Below are positions 1 to 13,265 of a stretch of DNA of 64,000 nt, piece after piece. The stretch is taken from NCBI GenBank assembly GCA_964036045.1, contig OZ038378.1, positions 185,132,001 to 185,196,000 on the forward strand, given 5' to 3'. The DNA is from Eutreptiella sp. 'Long Island Sound 2002'. Its lineage: Eukaryota; Protista; Euglenida. The notes under the pieces are model-generated. The model did not search any database. It had not been told where the DNA came from and saw only the letters and a program-made list of their open reading frames with translations. The position numbers and the translations under genes are program-made. Each line of letters opens with the position of its first letter. The stretch's first letter is position 1.

Positions 1-400
1 GATCCCAGCGCTTGCCAATGGGGGCAGCTGCCAAGGCAAGTAGGGCCATGGTGATCCCAGCGCTTGCCACAACGGGGGCAAAATGCCTTGGGGTTACAAC
101 GGGGGCAGAATGCCTTGGGGTTACATGTGCGGCATCTGTCTTGGCGTGTAGTGCCGTCGCCGCACGTACACAATTTGTGACCCCGTGATCCCGACTGTCG
201 CTGACGGGGGTACAGAACTGCTTCGTCAATGGCGGTTGCAGCGGAATCCTGTGCCCGGGCCCCTGCCACTGCCGCTGCCTTTGCTCCTCCGCCAGCCCGT
301 TGTGGTCGTGGTGGTAATGGAGGGCAATGGTGGGCAAAGCGGCACTCGGCTGCTGCTGCTGTTGCTGCTTTTCGCCTCAGGCTCGACCTACAAGTGAGTG
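1..400 (-). pseudogene. Possible gag-like remnant: Gln/Pro low-complexity stretch followed by a Cys-rich zinc-knuckle-like motif, running off the window edge
   Basis: The minus frame from about 232 to 1 reads ...DRCRTCNPKAFCPRCNPKAFCPRCGKRWDHHGPTCLGSCPHW (CX2CX5HX4C-like). It includes an in-frame 27-bp duplication (69-95/96-122). No start codon or intact context is visible. Confidence 0.3.
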
Positions 401-1302
401 GTGTCCTGTTTGCAGGTACTTGGGGCAGTTTGTCTGCTCTCTAGCAGAATCGCTTTTGTCCTTACGCAGCTCACTAGCGCACTTCGCATCCTATGGTTCT
501 GATGTCAGAACAACGTTGCTCTCAGTCATGAATTCTGTTCTCTAAAACACCATACGCACGGAAACCTTCTAGAGCACCTCGCCGGGCCGCCGTATTTCGT
601 TGTGGTTCATACATTGCTGCCCATACGCCGCACGTTGCTCCTGTCTTGGTGAAAGCAAATTTTCTAAATTGTAATAAGACCGGTCATCTACTCGTCAACT
701 TTTGCTTGTTCTTTAAATCTGGCGGTCTCATCCTTCAATTGTTTGATTAATATATGTTTCGGCAAACGCACAACGAGCAATGCACAGAGAAATTTAGATC
801 CATTCAGCACTTTTCGCGGTTCACAAAACACATCGTCTTATCCCTAAACAAAAGCACAACGAAAAATCCACGCATAAAAAGAAAGTACCTTTTTGCTCTA
901 CATTTTTTCTTCTCGGCTTCGCCGTCAGCCCTATGCTAGCATAATTGCATCTGTAAACCTGCAGCACCTGACTTCTGGCTGCTACTCTGCATTGGGTGCC
1001 CAACAAGACAACCAGCCAACCCAATCCCCAACCCTACGCCTTAGACCAATCGCTGGCAGGCCCCAGACGGCCGTCCCCGCCTGCTCAATGCCCCCAGTAG
1101 AGCCAAGGCCTCCGCAGCGTGCCACGACCGCCTAGGCAGGGTTCCCCAATAGCAGTGCTATCCCCAACCTGTGGCTCTGTAGGCACTGCGGCAGCCGCGG
1201 TACCAAGCCTGTGCCCATTGCAGACAAAATCCTATGTACCTACTGATGAAACTAAGACTGATCGACATGGCTAAAGGGGTCCCGGAGCTGCGTCATAGCA
1301 AC

Positions 1303-4300
1303 CCTTCACTGCCAATTTGTTTCTCCCAATTTCCACCCTATGGGAGGAAGGCCACACAAAAGATACACACCCCCAAATACAAAAAAACACCGCAACACAA
1401 AAAACACACGCAACTCCCTAGGGGCTGTAGCTAACGAACGCAGGCGGCTGGTGGCCGAGCCCAAAAGATCAATAGCCAGACAAATCAAAATCTTGGAACC
1501 TCATTTCTACTGCGCTCATTGTTCATTCGTTACGCCGATGCTTTGAAGTAATGCAAAGGAAAGAGACATGCTACAAAGGAAGAGACCTACGATGTTCCAT
1601 ACCATGCTATGCAACGGTGTTGCCTCATCAACGGGACATGACATATTTTGCATTTTCTTCATCGGCTATTTGCAATGCATTGTACTCCGAGCTATCCCCA
1701 TGTTATGGGGCAAGGTGTTCCCATAACCTCGCGTTGGGTGATGGGACCCCCCATAAGGCATTGGTTGAGTAGCCACGTTTCACATATTTGGGTCCCCTAA
1801 GCGGCACCACTTCCAAATGTCTTGTAGACCAAGTGTAGCCTCCAGCACAACACCCAGCATCAAATATCTCACATGCGAGCCTTGTACAAAGCATGAATTT
1901 CAAATGGCTTCGGACCTTGGCGGTCGAGAAAATACCACGCCTTGCCATCCACCCGTGGGACCGCTTATAGTATCCCTTGCTGCATAAACCAGTCGGGATA
2001 GCCATTTATCTCATTGTACTCCTTGCATCCTTCCTTCCTGTCGCCCTGCACAAGCATTTGCACACTCCTTTGTAGCTATGAGTTTTACAAGAAGCTCCCT
2101 ATTGCAAAAGAGGGCAAGATATTTGGTCTTCTAAACAAAAGGTTTTCATGTTGGGGCAAGGGGTCCTTTGTTGTTTGATTTTCATCCCGCGTTGCCTCGT
2201 GGGGACAGTCAAATATAGACCTATTTGCACACATGGGTGGTGTTACAAATTTGTGGCAAATGTTGTCCATGGGCCATTTTCGGCCGTCTGCTTCCGCTTA
2301 CCGTTGGTTTGGGTAGATGAATAGCTCAACTTTGTTTGTGCTGCGTAGCTTTCATAGCCCAACGGGACACATGCAATGATCAATGGAAACCCAGAATAGA
2401 GGCACCTGTAGATGCAGAGTAACGTTGCGCAGTGGCTTTGTGCAGTTGTGGTGTGTAGTGGTGTTGTGTACAAGTTTTGCGTTATGGTGTTGCGGAATGT
2501 TGCGGAGTGGTGTTGCGCAGCAAATTTGGGTTTGCGATGATGATTTTGATCATTCAAAAGGATCGCAACCAGGGCGGCAATACCTTACAACTGGTCCTAG
2601 AACTCATCGTCTTGTTTCCTTTACACTTCCAACAGCCGCTACTCCACCCGATCTTGCTGCCGCTGCAGCCAATCCTGCGCCTGAATGAGAGAAGCCAAGA
2701 GCCGTGATGGGGTAGGGAAGGGACCTTAAGAACCTTTGCTATGATGATTGAATGTCAATTCATAGTTTTGCAGAAAATGGATTAGACTCGGCCTTGAGGC
2801 ATCTTCGCTAATGACATGCGGGTCCCCATGCGGCGCCCCGTCGTGGTGCGACATGAGGCATGGTGACTGAACTGGACGTCCTGCCGGGGCCCATCCTTCT
2901 TCCTTGCCTTGCGCGCCACCTCACACATTTTACTTTTCGATTTCTTGGTGGTTGCACTCGGCACTGCGCCTCCAGCGCCGCGGCGTCACCTGCGACCCCG
3001 TTCGCTTGCGCGTCCTCCTTCCGTGGCCGCCTGGTGCCGTGGCTCCCGTGAACCATCGGAATCATCAAATCATCAATTAATTTCAGCTTGCCCAATTTGC
3101 CCATTAGGTGGAAAACGATGAAAAGCAAAAGCATGTAAGCGTATAGACAAGTAAACAATACTCTTCCTTGCCCCTCCTTCACTGCCAATCTGTTCCTCCC
3201 AATTTCCACCCTATGGGATGAATGCCACACAAAAGATACACACCCCCAAATACAAAAAAACATCGCAACACAAAAAAACCCACGCAACCCGCTAGCGGCT
3301 CTAGCTGACGAACGCAGGCGGCTGGTGGCCGAGCCCAAAAGATCAATAGCCAGACAAATCAAAATCTTGGAACCTCCTTTCTACCGCGCTCATTGTTCAT
3401 TCGTTACGCCGATGCTTTGAAGCAATGCAAAGGAAAGAGACATGCTACAAAGGAAGAGACCTGCGATGTCCCATACCATGCTATGCAACGGTGTTGCCTC
3501 GTCAACGGGACATGCCATGTTTTGCATTTTCTTCATCGGCTACTTGCAATGCATTGTACTCCGAGCTATCCCCATGGTATGGGGCAAGGTATTCCCATAA
3601 CCTCGCGTTGGGTGATGGGACCCCCCATAAGGCATTGGTTGAGTAGCCACGTTTCGCATATTTAGGCCCCCTAAGCGGCACCACTTCTAAATGTCTTGTA
3701 GACCAAGTGTAGCCTCCAACACAACACCCAGCATCAAATATCTCTTTCGCGAGCCTTGTACAAAGCATGAATTTCAAATGGCTTCGGTCCTTGGCGGTCG
3801 AGAAAATACCACGCCTTGTGATCCAAGCGTGGGACCGCTTATAGTATCCCTTGCTGCATAAACTAGTCGGGATAGCCATTTATCTCATTGTACTCCTTGC
3901 ATCCTTCCTTCTTGTTGCCCCGCACAAGCATTTGCACACTCCTTTGTAGCTATGAGTTTTACAAGAAGCTCCCTATTGCAAAAGAGGGCAAGATATTTGG
4001 TCTTCTAAACAGAAGGTGTTCATGTTGGGGCAAGGGGTCCTTTGTTGTTTGATTTTCATCCCGCGTTGCCTCGTGGGGACAGTCAAATATAGACCTATTT
4101 GCACACATGGGTGGTGTTACAAATTTGTGGCACATGTTGTCCATGGGCCATTTTCGGCCGTCTGCTTCCGCTTACCGTTGGTTTGGGTAGATGAATAGCT
4201 CAACTTTGTTTGTGCTGCGTAGCTTTCATAGCCCAACGGGACACATGCAATGACCAATGGAAACCCAGAATAAGGCACTTGCAGATGCAGAGTAACGTTG

Positions 4301-6572
4301 GGCAGTGGCTTTGTGCGGTTGTGGTGTGTGCTGCTGTTGTGTACAAGGTTTGCGTTATGGTGTTGCGGAATGTTGCGGAGTGGTGTTGCGCAGCAACGTT
4401 GGGTTTGTGATGACGATTTTGATCATTTAGAAGGATCGCACCCAGGGCGGCAATACCTTACAGCTGGTCCTAGAACTTATCGTCTTGTTGCCTTTACACT
4501 TCCAACAGCCGCTACCGCACCCGATCTTGCTGCCGCTGCAGCCAATCCTGCGCCTAAATGAGAGAAGCCAAAAGCCGTGATGGGGTAGGGAAGGGACCTT
4601 AAGAACCTTTGCTACCATAATTCAACGTCAATTCATAGTTTTGCAGAAAATGGATTAGACTCGGCCTTTCCGGCATTTTTGCTAATGACATGCGGGTCCC
4701 CATGCGGCGCCCCGTCGTAGTGCAGCATCACGCGTGGCGACTGAACTGGCCGGCTTGCAGGGGCCCATCCTTCCGCCGTGCCTTGCACGCCATCTCACAC
4801 AATTTTCTTTTCAATTTCTTGGTGGTTGCGCTCGGCTCTGCGCCTCCAGCGCCGCGGCGTCACCTGCGACCCCGTTCGCGTGAGCGTCGTCCTCCCGCGG
4901 CTGCCTTGTGCTATGGCTCCCGTGAACCATCAGAATCATCAAATCATCAATTAATTTCAGCTTGCCCAATTTGCCCATTAGGTGGAAAACGATGAAAAGC
5001 AAAAGCATGTAAGCGTATAGACAAGTAAACAATACTCTTCCTTGCCCCTCCTTCACTGCCAATCTGTTTCTCCCAATTTCCACCCTATGGGATGAATGCC
5101 ACACAAAAGATACACACCCCCAAATACAAAAAAACATCGCAACACAAAAAAACACACGCAACTCGCTAGCGGCTCTAGCTGAGGAACGCAGGCGGCTGGT
5201 GGCCGAGCCCAAAAGATCAATAACCAGACAAATCAAAATCTTGGAACCTCATTTCTACCGTGCTCATTGTTCATTCGTTACGCCGATGCTTTGAAGTAAT
5301 GCAAAGGAAAGAGACATGCTACAAAGGAAGAGAGCTGTCCCATACCATGCTATGCAACGGTGTTGCCTCGTCAACGGGACATGCCATATTTTGCATTTTC
5401 TTCATCGGCTACTTGCAATGCATTGTACTCCGAGGTATCCCCATGGTATGGGGCAAGGTGTTTCCATAACCTCGCGTTGGGTGATGGGACCCCCCATAAG
5501 GCATTGGTTGAGTAGCCACATTTCACATATTTGGGCCCCCTAAACGGCACCACTTCTAAATGTCTTGTAGACCAAGTGTAGCCTCCAACACAACACCCAG
5601 CATCAAATATCTCCCATGCGAGCCTTGTACAAAGCATGAATTTCAAATGGCTTTGGACCACCTTGGCGGTCGAGAAAATACCACGCCTTGCCATCCACCC
5701 GTGGGACCGCTTATAGTATCCCTTGCTGCATAAACCAGTCGGGATAGCCATTTATCTCATTGTACTCCTTGCATCCTTCCTTCCTGTTGCCCTGCACAAG
5801 CATTTGCACACTCCTTTGTAGCTGTGAGTTTTACAAGAAGCTCCCTATTGCAAAAGAGGGCAAGATATTTGGTGTTCTAAACAAAAGGTTTTCATGTTGG
5901 GGCAAGGGGTCCCTTGTTTTTTTATTTGCCTTGATTTCTTCTCATGGGAGATTCTTCCCGCGTTGCCTCGTGGGGACAGTCAAATATAGACCTAATTGCA
6001 CACACGGCGTTGTGTTACACATTTGTGGCACATATTCTCCCTCAGCCATTTTTCGCCGCCTGCTTCCGCTTACCATTGGTTTGGGTAGCTGAATAGCTCA
6101 GGTTTGGTTGTGCTGCGTAGCTTTCCTAGCCAACCGGGACGCATGCAATGAAGAATGGAAACCCAAATTAGAGGCACTTGCAACTGCAGATTATCGTTGG
6201 GCAGTGGCTTTGTCTAGCTGTGGTGTGTAGTGGTGTTGTGTACAAGTTTTGCGTTATGGTGTTGCGGAATGTTGCGGAGTGGTGTTGTGCAGGAACGTTG
6301 CGTGGTTGTTGTGTTGTTGTGTTGTGTAGAATGGGTTAGGGATGACGATTTTGATCATTCAGAAGGATTGCAGCCAGCGCGGCCGTACCTTGCAGCTGCT
6401 TTTGCAATGCACCGTATTGTTGCCTTTACACTTCCAACGGCCGCTACCGCACCCGATCGTGCTGCTGCTGCAGCCAATCCTGCGCCCGAATGAGAGAAGC
6501 CAAGAGCCGGGATGGGGTAGGGAAGGGACCTTAAGAACCTTTGCTATGATAATTGAATGTCAGTTCATAGTG
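1303..6572. repeat. Tandem array of a ~1.87-kb unit, 2.8 copies (1303-3175, 3176-5049, 5050-~6572)
   Basis: CCTTCACTGCCAAT..CTCCCAATTTCCACCCTATGGGA recurs at 1303, 3176 and 5050. Matching ORFs recur at the same offsets (1703/3502/5371, 2085/3959). Copy 3 is truncated and more diverged. Confidence 0.95.
2584..2680 (-). pseudogene. Decayed 97-nt coiled-coil exon inside the 1.87-kb unit (also at 4457-4553 and 6389-6485)
   Basis: It has a pyrimidine-rich acceptor (TCTCTCATTCAG) and a G|GTA donor, is 97 nt in all three copies, and reads AQDWLQRQQDRVE*RLLEV*RKQDDEF*DQL* with TAG/TAA stops. Confidence 0.55.
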
Positions 6573-8463
6573 TTGTATTGGTTTTTTTGTCACAAGAACC
6601 ATGCCAGCTTTGGCGCTCTAAAAAGGAGACAGCTATTATGATTAGTTCATGGCTAGGTGGTCACTAGGTTGAAACGCACGGATGGAGACCATCCGCTGAA
6701 AAGCACGGGGAGCACACACACTCATATGTCCTCAAGATGCCACGGCCGTTGTTGTCGTCTATGGTGTAACCGGAGAAGCGTCTCGCCTTGCTGACGCAGA
6801 AGTACCGCGACCGCGGGTGGTAATGTAGTGGACGCCTTGAGCCTACCATTGGTGCTACCCCTCCACGAGAACGATGGCTGTGGCGAAGCCTCCCGGCAAT
6901 GGCAGCGATGCGCTAGCTGTGCACGAGTAAGGCACCCCCGCCGCTCTTTGTGGATGCCATGCAAGAAGTTCTAGACAAACGGGGGTGGGAGAAGTTGAAG
7001 CATGCCAAGGTGGCGCAGCGGTTCTTGGAGCCTTCTCCATCTCCCTGCATAAGCACAGAATCCGTTAGCTACGGAAGCTCTCACAGCTGCTGAAGCCGTT
7101 GGACCGTGTCCGTACCATCACTCGTGTAGCCCGCGAGCAGAATACTCTACACGTGTTTGCGGTGGCACTCCATGGTGGTTCCATGGAGGGGGGAAAGGTT
7201 GACGGTGTGGTCGTCCTGAACTTGGCCAAAAATGCAACCACTTTGGCTTTTAGCGATTTGCTGCGGCAGTTAGGCGTGCCATGCAAGCGCCTAATGAGGG
7301 CGCAGGCGTTGGTCGCCAATTGTTTGTATTTGTCGATCCAAGTTGTGTTTGTTTTGCGCGGCATGGACCACCGCGTGTGGTTGACAATGAGGGCTGAGGA
7401 CTGTGCAGAGGTCCTACGGAATACACGGAACTGGTTTGCCACACTGCCGGGTAAACGGGGCTGAAAGTGGCACCGCAACACAGTAGATGCCCTGCAGGTC
7501 CTCGCCGCCCGCGGTGCTAATATGTATGTACCTCTTACCGTTGAGGGATTGGGTGGCGGTGCGGCCCTATTAAATGATGTTTGTGTATGTTGTAAGTTGT
7601 GCAATTTCTTGTGTTTTTTGGCAATGTATGCACGGGAAAAAGCCGCCATACCCTATATTATTTTTGTGTTGTCACATTGTGCAATTTTGTCAGGAAACAG
7701 ACATGGCAACACAAAAGAAGTTACACAACGAGATAGCAAAACAAAAAGCGTCATGACGCGATTGTGTTGCTTTGTACACAGCCCGACGGTGAAAAAAGAA
7801 AGTGAAGCGCGCTATTAATGAAAAACAATTACACACGCGGACAATAAAAATCAAACTACATGACCTAAGAGGAAAGGGGGAAAAAATGAAAAATATACGC
7901 TTGGAGTCGTCCCTTGAGTTGGCAATATGCAGCACCCCCTTCCTGGGAGGGTCTGCAAGACAGCAACCATCAAGTAGCCACTTTAATTTCCAACCCCCAT
8001 TGCTGGGAGCCCAATACGGCACTACCTCTACCCTTGAAAAGGGTGTTCTCATCGGCTTACTATGGTTGCACCATCCACATGTGCACGTTGCACCTATCGA
8101 TCATTATTGCTCCCCTTTTTCCACAACATCCTTTACTGCCATGGATAAGATATTCATGATGCTTCATATACAATCATGTCGAGAGCAATCATTGATGCAC
8201 CAATGCAAGGAGGTTTGGATTGTCCTTTCTTGCACAAATTGCGACGGTTGCACATCACGTGACAAAATGGAACCCGCTGCCTCTTTATTGCATCACCTGT
8301 CAACACCATTCTATGTCATTGATGAATGCCTTGCCAAGGACATTGGAGTTACCTCCTCATGGAAAGCCGCGAAGGCGTCGCACGACATCGTGGTGCTCTC
8401 GGAGCGCAGGTCATGGAACAGGACATCGAGCACTGTGATCTTCTTCAAACTGATCCCCGAGGT

Positions 8464-8864
8464 CTGGGCGGGAAGAAAATTGCTTTGCGGGGGGGGGTGG
8501 CACGGAAGCCCATTTGCCCAACCCCCCCCTCCCCCTCCTTGGTCGCCGTGCCGGGAGGGGGGTTTGGGCTGGGGCTGCCCTTCCTGCCGTGCCGGGGGGG
8601 GGGGGGGTCCGACCCCAACATACATGGCTCAAAATGATACCCACGTCGCGCTGATCATTTTGACTACACATATGTGGGGGAAAATTTTTGAGTGAAGAAA
8701 ATTTTCCGGGCCAAAATTTGTGTTCCGGCGCCTTTGGTGGCAACAACCGTCCTTACACAAAACAAAGGGCCCGGCACGGAAGCCCATTTCTGGAACCCCC
8801 CACCTCCTTCGCCGGGCGCCCATGCCATCCCCCCCCCCCGCAAAGCAATTTTCGGGCCGCCCTG
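8464..8864. mobile_element. MITE (~400 bp) with ~37-bp terminal inverted repeats, Tc1/mariner-like ends
   Basis: GGGCGGGAAGAAAATTGCTTTGCG(G)nTGGCA on the left is nearly the reverse complement of TGCCAT(C)nGCAAAGCAATTTTCGGGCCGCCC on the right. The right end is CTG|TA; the left flank is degraded. Confidence 0.7.
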
Positions 8865-10874
8865 TACAGCAGTGTGCAGGTCAATGGTTCTGCATGTCAC
8901 AGTCCTGGCGTCGGATAAATCTGGTTTTTCGTTGTTTTGGGGGGGGGGGGTTCGCGCCCACGTTCCGGACGCCCCTGGCCCTTCTACAAGGGCAGCAGTG
9001 ACTGTGGCCCTTACCGCCGGAACAGCCCATCGGGAGGTTCGAGGGGAGGGGGGGAAAATCCTGAACTATTGCTGCTCTCCTGGCAGTTGGCAGTGCCAGT
9101 CGGCTTCTTGCCACTCCCGAACATCCACCAAGTCGCTGTGTTGGCCCACTCCACGCCAGTGGGTCATGGCACCAACACGTTCAGGATCCGCACCACAATA
9201 ACCTTCAGTGCAGTGTGCAAGCACCCTGCCACGGCGAAGTGCCCAATGGCGCAACAGTGCAAATGGCTGTGTGGTCTTGATTTCACGAGGCGTGTGCAGC
9301 ATCAACAGTAGCTGCCATTCTCCCTGCATGGGAGCACACCACCCCGTGCACCACTGGCACTTGCTTAGCTGTTCAATGTAGCCGTAACCCCCAGCTATGC
9401 CAGTGACACTTTGTCCCCAAGCGCCCACCTGCTAACCATAGCGTAGTCTCTCCCAGCACGTAACAACACATCTAGGTTCCTGTTAGGCCTCGACGACGAA
9501 AGGCTTGGTCGAGCGCGGAGGGGGGGGGGGGTGTGACCTAATTAAAAAACAGACAAATGCAAACCAGGGGTAATGCACTCCACAGTCAGGCATAAGTGCA
9601 TCTTTATTCTCTATGCCAAACCTGGTTAAACCTCAAGACACACACTGTGTCTGAAACAGAAAACAGAACATCATGTCTGACTACATTAGTCAGACAATCA
9701 CAGTCAGTAGCTGTCAGTCAGACATCAGCAATCAGTGTCGGATGAAGACACCATGCGGAGGGGGGGGGGGGGGGGGCTGCCTGGCATAAACGAGTCAAAA
9801 TGGTCCCCATGATGCGCTAACCATTTTGAGGTATGTGTCATGGGGAAAAAACCTTCGAAGAATTATTGAGGCAACCACAGCCTCCTTTGGCGGGCGGGGG
9901 GCATTAGTGTCTGGTAGGGGGGTGTCTGGTAAAGAGGGGGGAGGTTCCACAAAGATGGAGTGGGTACCATGTACCGCAACCCTCATGCAGTGCCATGTCT
10001 GGTGTGTGACCTGCTGTTGTTGCTCAAAGGCAGTTGTGTCTATTGGGAGTAGGAGAGGTACATTTTTGTGGGTCAGAGTAGAGTATTGATCCTGTTGCTT
10101 ATTATCATTGCAGCACACTGTCCACTCGCCTGCCAGCGCTGGAGGGTTTCATATGCACCTAGCTTGGGGGCGCTGAGGATCACGTGACAGAACGCACCCG
10201 CTCAAGCACAGCTCACGACTCAGTTCCTTGGCGGATGCCCTTCGCTATGGTACACATCAGATCAGCAGCAACACCCACCTGACCATGACCCCTGTCGTGG
10301 TGGGTTGTGCACAATACTAAACAATGGCAGAGAGGAAGGGGTTGTCAGGCTTGAGGGGACTGGGAGTTTGGCCGGAGCCCCCCTCCCCCCTTGTATGGTT
10401 GTCTACCATGGAGGATTCTAGATGTTTGCTGTTATTTATGAGGCTTCTGGACGGTTGCTGTTAATTCCTGGAGGCTTCTGGCTGATTGCTGTTAGTTCCT
10501 GGACGTTTCTGGTTGCAGGCCATTCCTGGAGGCAACACGAGGTGATGGTGGCACACCATCACACACGGAGCCCACAAGGGGAAAAATTCTGACCTGGACC
10601 ACGCATTAGAAGAGGGGGAGGGGGTCCAAGGGGAGGAGGGGTCCGAGTTGTCAGCCATTCTAATACACGTTTGGCATCCCCCCATTGGCCCAATTGTGCA
10701 TTTTCTGCCCTTCGTCCCCACACTCGAGCCTCATCCTGGCTTCCAATCCCCAACCATCACCATGGCTCAAGAGCGGCACCTGGCAAACAACCAACGGGGT
10801 TCAACGGGGCTCAGCAGGGGTCAATGGGTCCGTTGGACGGGGGTTGCTTTGTTGGACAAGGATAGAAGGGGTAC

Positions 10875-11091
10875 CTTTTCGATCAAAGCTGCCACTACAG
10901 AGCACTCCACAGGATCCGCTGGGGTGACGGTCGAATCTACAGGCACCGCAAAGCTTTCCATAGGGCAACCCGGGGGCGTGTACTGCCTCAGCTGCTGGGG
11001 GCTGCCCTGAGTGTTCTGCAAGGAGAAGTCCACCAGCCGCGAACCTGGGACCCCTTCGGTGCTCACATCCTCAGTCACAAGCACTTGCCCT
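10875..11091 (-). CDS. Receptor-type cyclase-like gene, exon 8: end of the cyclase domain (GQVLVTED) and start of a possible second degenerate domain
   Basis: Acceptor TCTGCAG|A, donor AAG|GTACCC, 217 nt, phase 2 to 0. It joins exon 7 to give VAQG-GQVLVT, matching the trypanosome AC motif VANGGQVLMT. Confidence 0.75.
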
Positions 11092-13265
11092 CTGCAGATA
11101 TGGGACGGCGTGCATTTTGGCGATGACGGTCTCAACAGTTCAGAAGGATACTGCGGACCCTCTTACGACAAATTGACGCTCATGCTCAGGATCGCGCTTA
11201 CAGCAACACGGGGGGCGGCCATAATCCAATTCAAATCGGGTTCATGTGGAGTTGAACTTCTTACAGGAATCTTTTTGTCAAAATCCCTTCTTCCAAAAGC
11301 AACACTTTGTTTCTGAAACAGTAGCTTACCAAAAATACATTTTCACCAAATTTGTTTGTACCAAAATCAAAAATGATTGATTTTGGTACATGATGGGGAT
11401 TCTGGTAAAAAAAGGTAACACAATCACAGCAAGATTGATTTTCGGAAAAAGATTTCGATTCTGGCAACAGCTGAACAGTGGGTTGCAGCAATTATTGCGT
11501 CCAGTGCCTGGATCCTGCTGCCCAGTGCTGAGGCAGCAAAACGGAGCAAAACTGCGGCTCTGCCACCCCCCCCCCCCGCCGCCGCCCGCCAGGAGGGTTC
11601 AGTGAGCGGTGTAGCCCTCACAGTCCCGTCTCATCTCAGGTGGCCAAGGCGCGGCGGGCTCACCAGGGGGCTCCGCTCCCTTGAGTGCTCCTGCTCCAGC
11701 GCTTTTCATCCACCAGGACGCCCCCAGCCGGTCTAGCACTCTCTGCAGCGCCACCTGGGTCAGTCAAGGAGCACCACAAACCACATGTCCAGGCAGCGCC
11801 CCCTGCAGTGCTCAGGGGTTTTGTCGTGGGCAGAGGAAGCCCCAGGCCACACCCAACCCACAAACACCCCCAGCGGCTCGAATGTAGGGCTCCCCTGCCT
11901 CGTCGCTGGGGCCCGGAGCACCGGGCACACACAACCCCCCAACATGGCGGCACACAACTTGAAGAGCACACCAAGAACAGCACCTGCCATGACAGGCGCC
12001 GGGCCAGGTACCTTCCAGAAATACACCCTGCCCCCCCCCCCCTTCCCCCCCAGACGCACGCCGACAACACACAGGCAACACCCACACGGGCACGGCGGTA
12101 TCTCCCTCCCACCAGCGCCTCGGTGGGGTTCGGGGATCAACATTGAGACCAGACAACCGGAGGCTGAGGCCCAGTCGCGCCAACGAGGACACACAGGCAG
12201 TAAGGACGCACAGGCCGTGGACCCTCGCCTTCGGCGCAAGCTGAGACCCGACCCAACCCCCCTCCCGACTGCCGTTGTATTGCATAGTAACCGACCAGCG
12301 TGTAGAGGAGCAGCCTTCCCCAACAGAGATGCTCTTGCTGGGAATGGGCCTTGCGGGGGGGGCTTCAGTGGTTTCAAAAGCGGTTACCAGCAAGTGGAAA
12401 AGCGGTTGGGAGGCAATTGCTGGCGGGCGATGACCAGTTGGAGAGCCAACAGGGGCACAACTGGTTGGCAGGGCTGACTGTCACCCCAAAGAGAGGGTAG
12501 GTACGTCTCCCTCACTTCACGCAGAACCCCCCCCCCCCTGCACAGTTGGATTTGCCAATACTGGGGGTCGGGGGGGAGGGGTCAGGTGGCGACATTTTCG
12601 CGCGGGTAAAATTTTCGGCACCCGCACGTTGGTGCCTTTTGGACAATCAGTTGTGGGAAATGCCAGCGGACCCAAATTAGGGGGAACAGTGCATGTGAAC
12701 GAAGCAGCCATATGAGGGCAACAAACAGAAAAGCAAGGCCTAAGGTTGGCTCTCCATATTGAGGGGGGTGCTGACTCAAGGAATGGATGCGATGAGAGCG
12801 CCTCCTCTTTTTGATCACGCTGCTCTTCATATGAACCACGGTTCAGGGGGCGGGGGGGGGGGGGGGACTGGAATCGGACCCGATGTGACCACCCGAAACA
12901 CATGTTTCTCGAGACCCGGAGCGGGTGGGGGTGGGTGGGGGGCTGTGGGGCGCCTTGTAGGGGGCAGCCGCAGAGAAGGGGGCTGGTGTGGGCGGGATTG
13001 AGCCCGCAAAGGTCCACGGGGGGTTGGGTGGGGGTGTCGCGTACGACGACCGGACGCAGTCATCTCCACCCCCGGTACACGGGTTTTTGTCTTTGCTTGT
13101 GCCTTGAGGGCCCAGGGGGCAAAATGTGTCCCAAATTGCACAAATACGTTTGTGGGGAAACTCCGGCCCCGAAATTTCCCTTGCGAAATCGACCCCTGCC
13201 GAAGTCCCTCCCCCTCAAAGCCCCCCTCCCCTAACCCCCTGTACCTCACCACCGGCGGCACATAC

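Noticed and set aside
2584-6485. Genome-wide TAA/TAG=Gln genetic code
   Set aside because: Both complete genes end in TGA, which is compatible. But the long host exons contain no in-frame TAR, and copy 3 retains CAA at two positions, so mutation decay is simpler.
6950-7560. Protein-like plus-strand ORF pieces (VDAMQEVLDKRGWEKLK…, LDRVRTITRVAREQ…)
   Set aside because: They are frameshifted with no recognisable motif, so no product can be supported.
7802-8695. 297-aa plus-strand ORF
   Set aside because: It runs through a MITE and poly-G tracts, has no domain signal, and is antisense to a more protein-like decayed frame.
11640-13260. Multiple 150-270-aa Pro/Gly-rich ORFs
   Set aside because: This is GC-rich intronic repeat debris with poly-G/C runs and no coherent motifs or splice chain.
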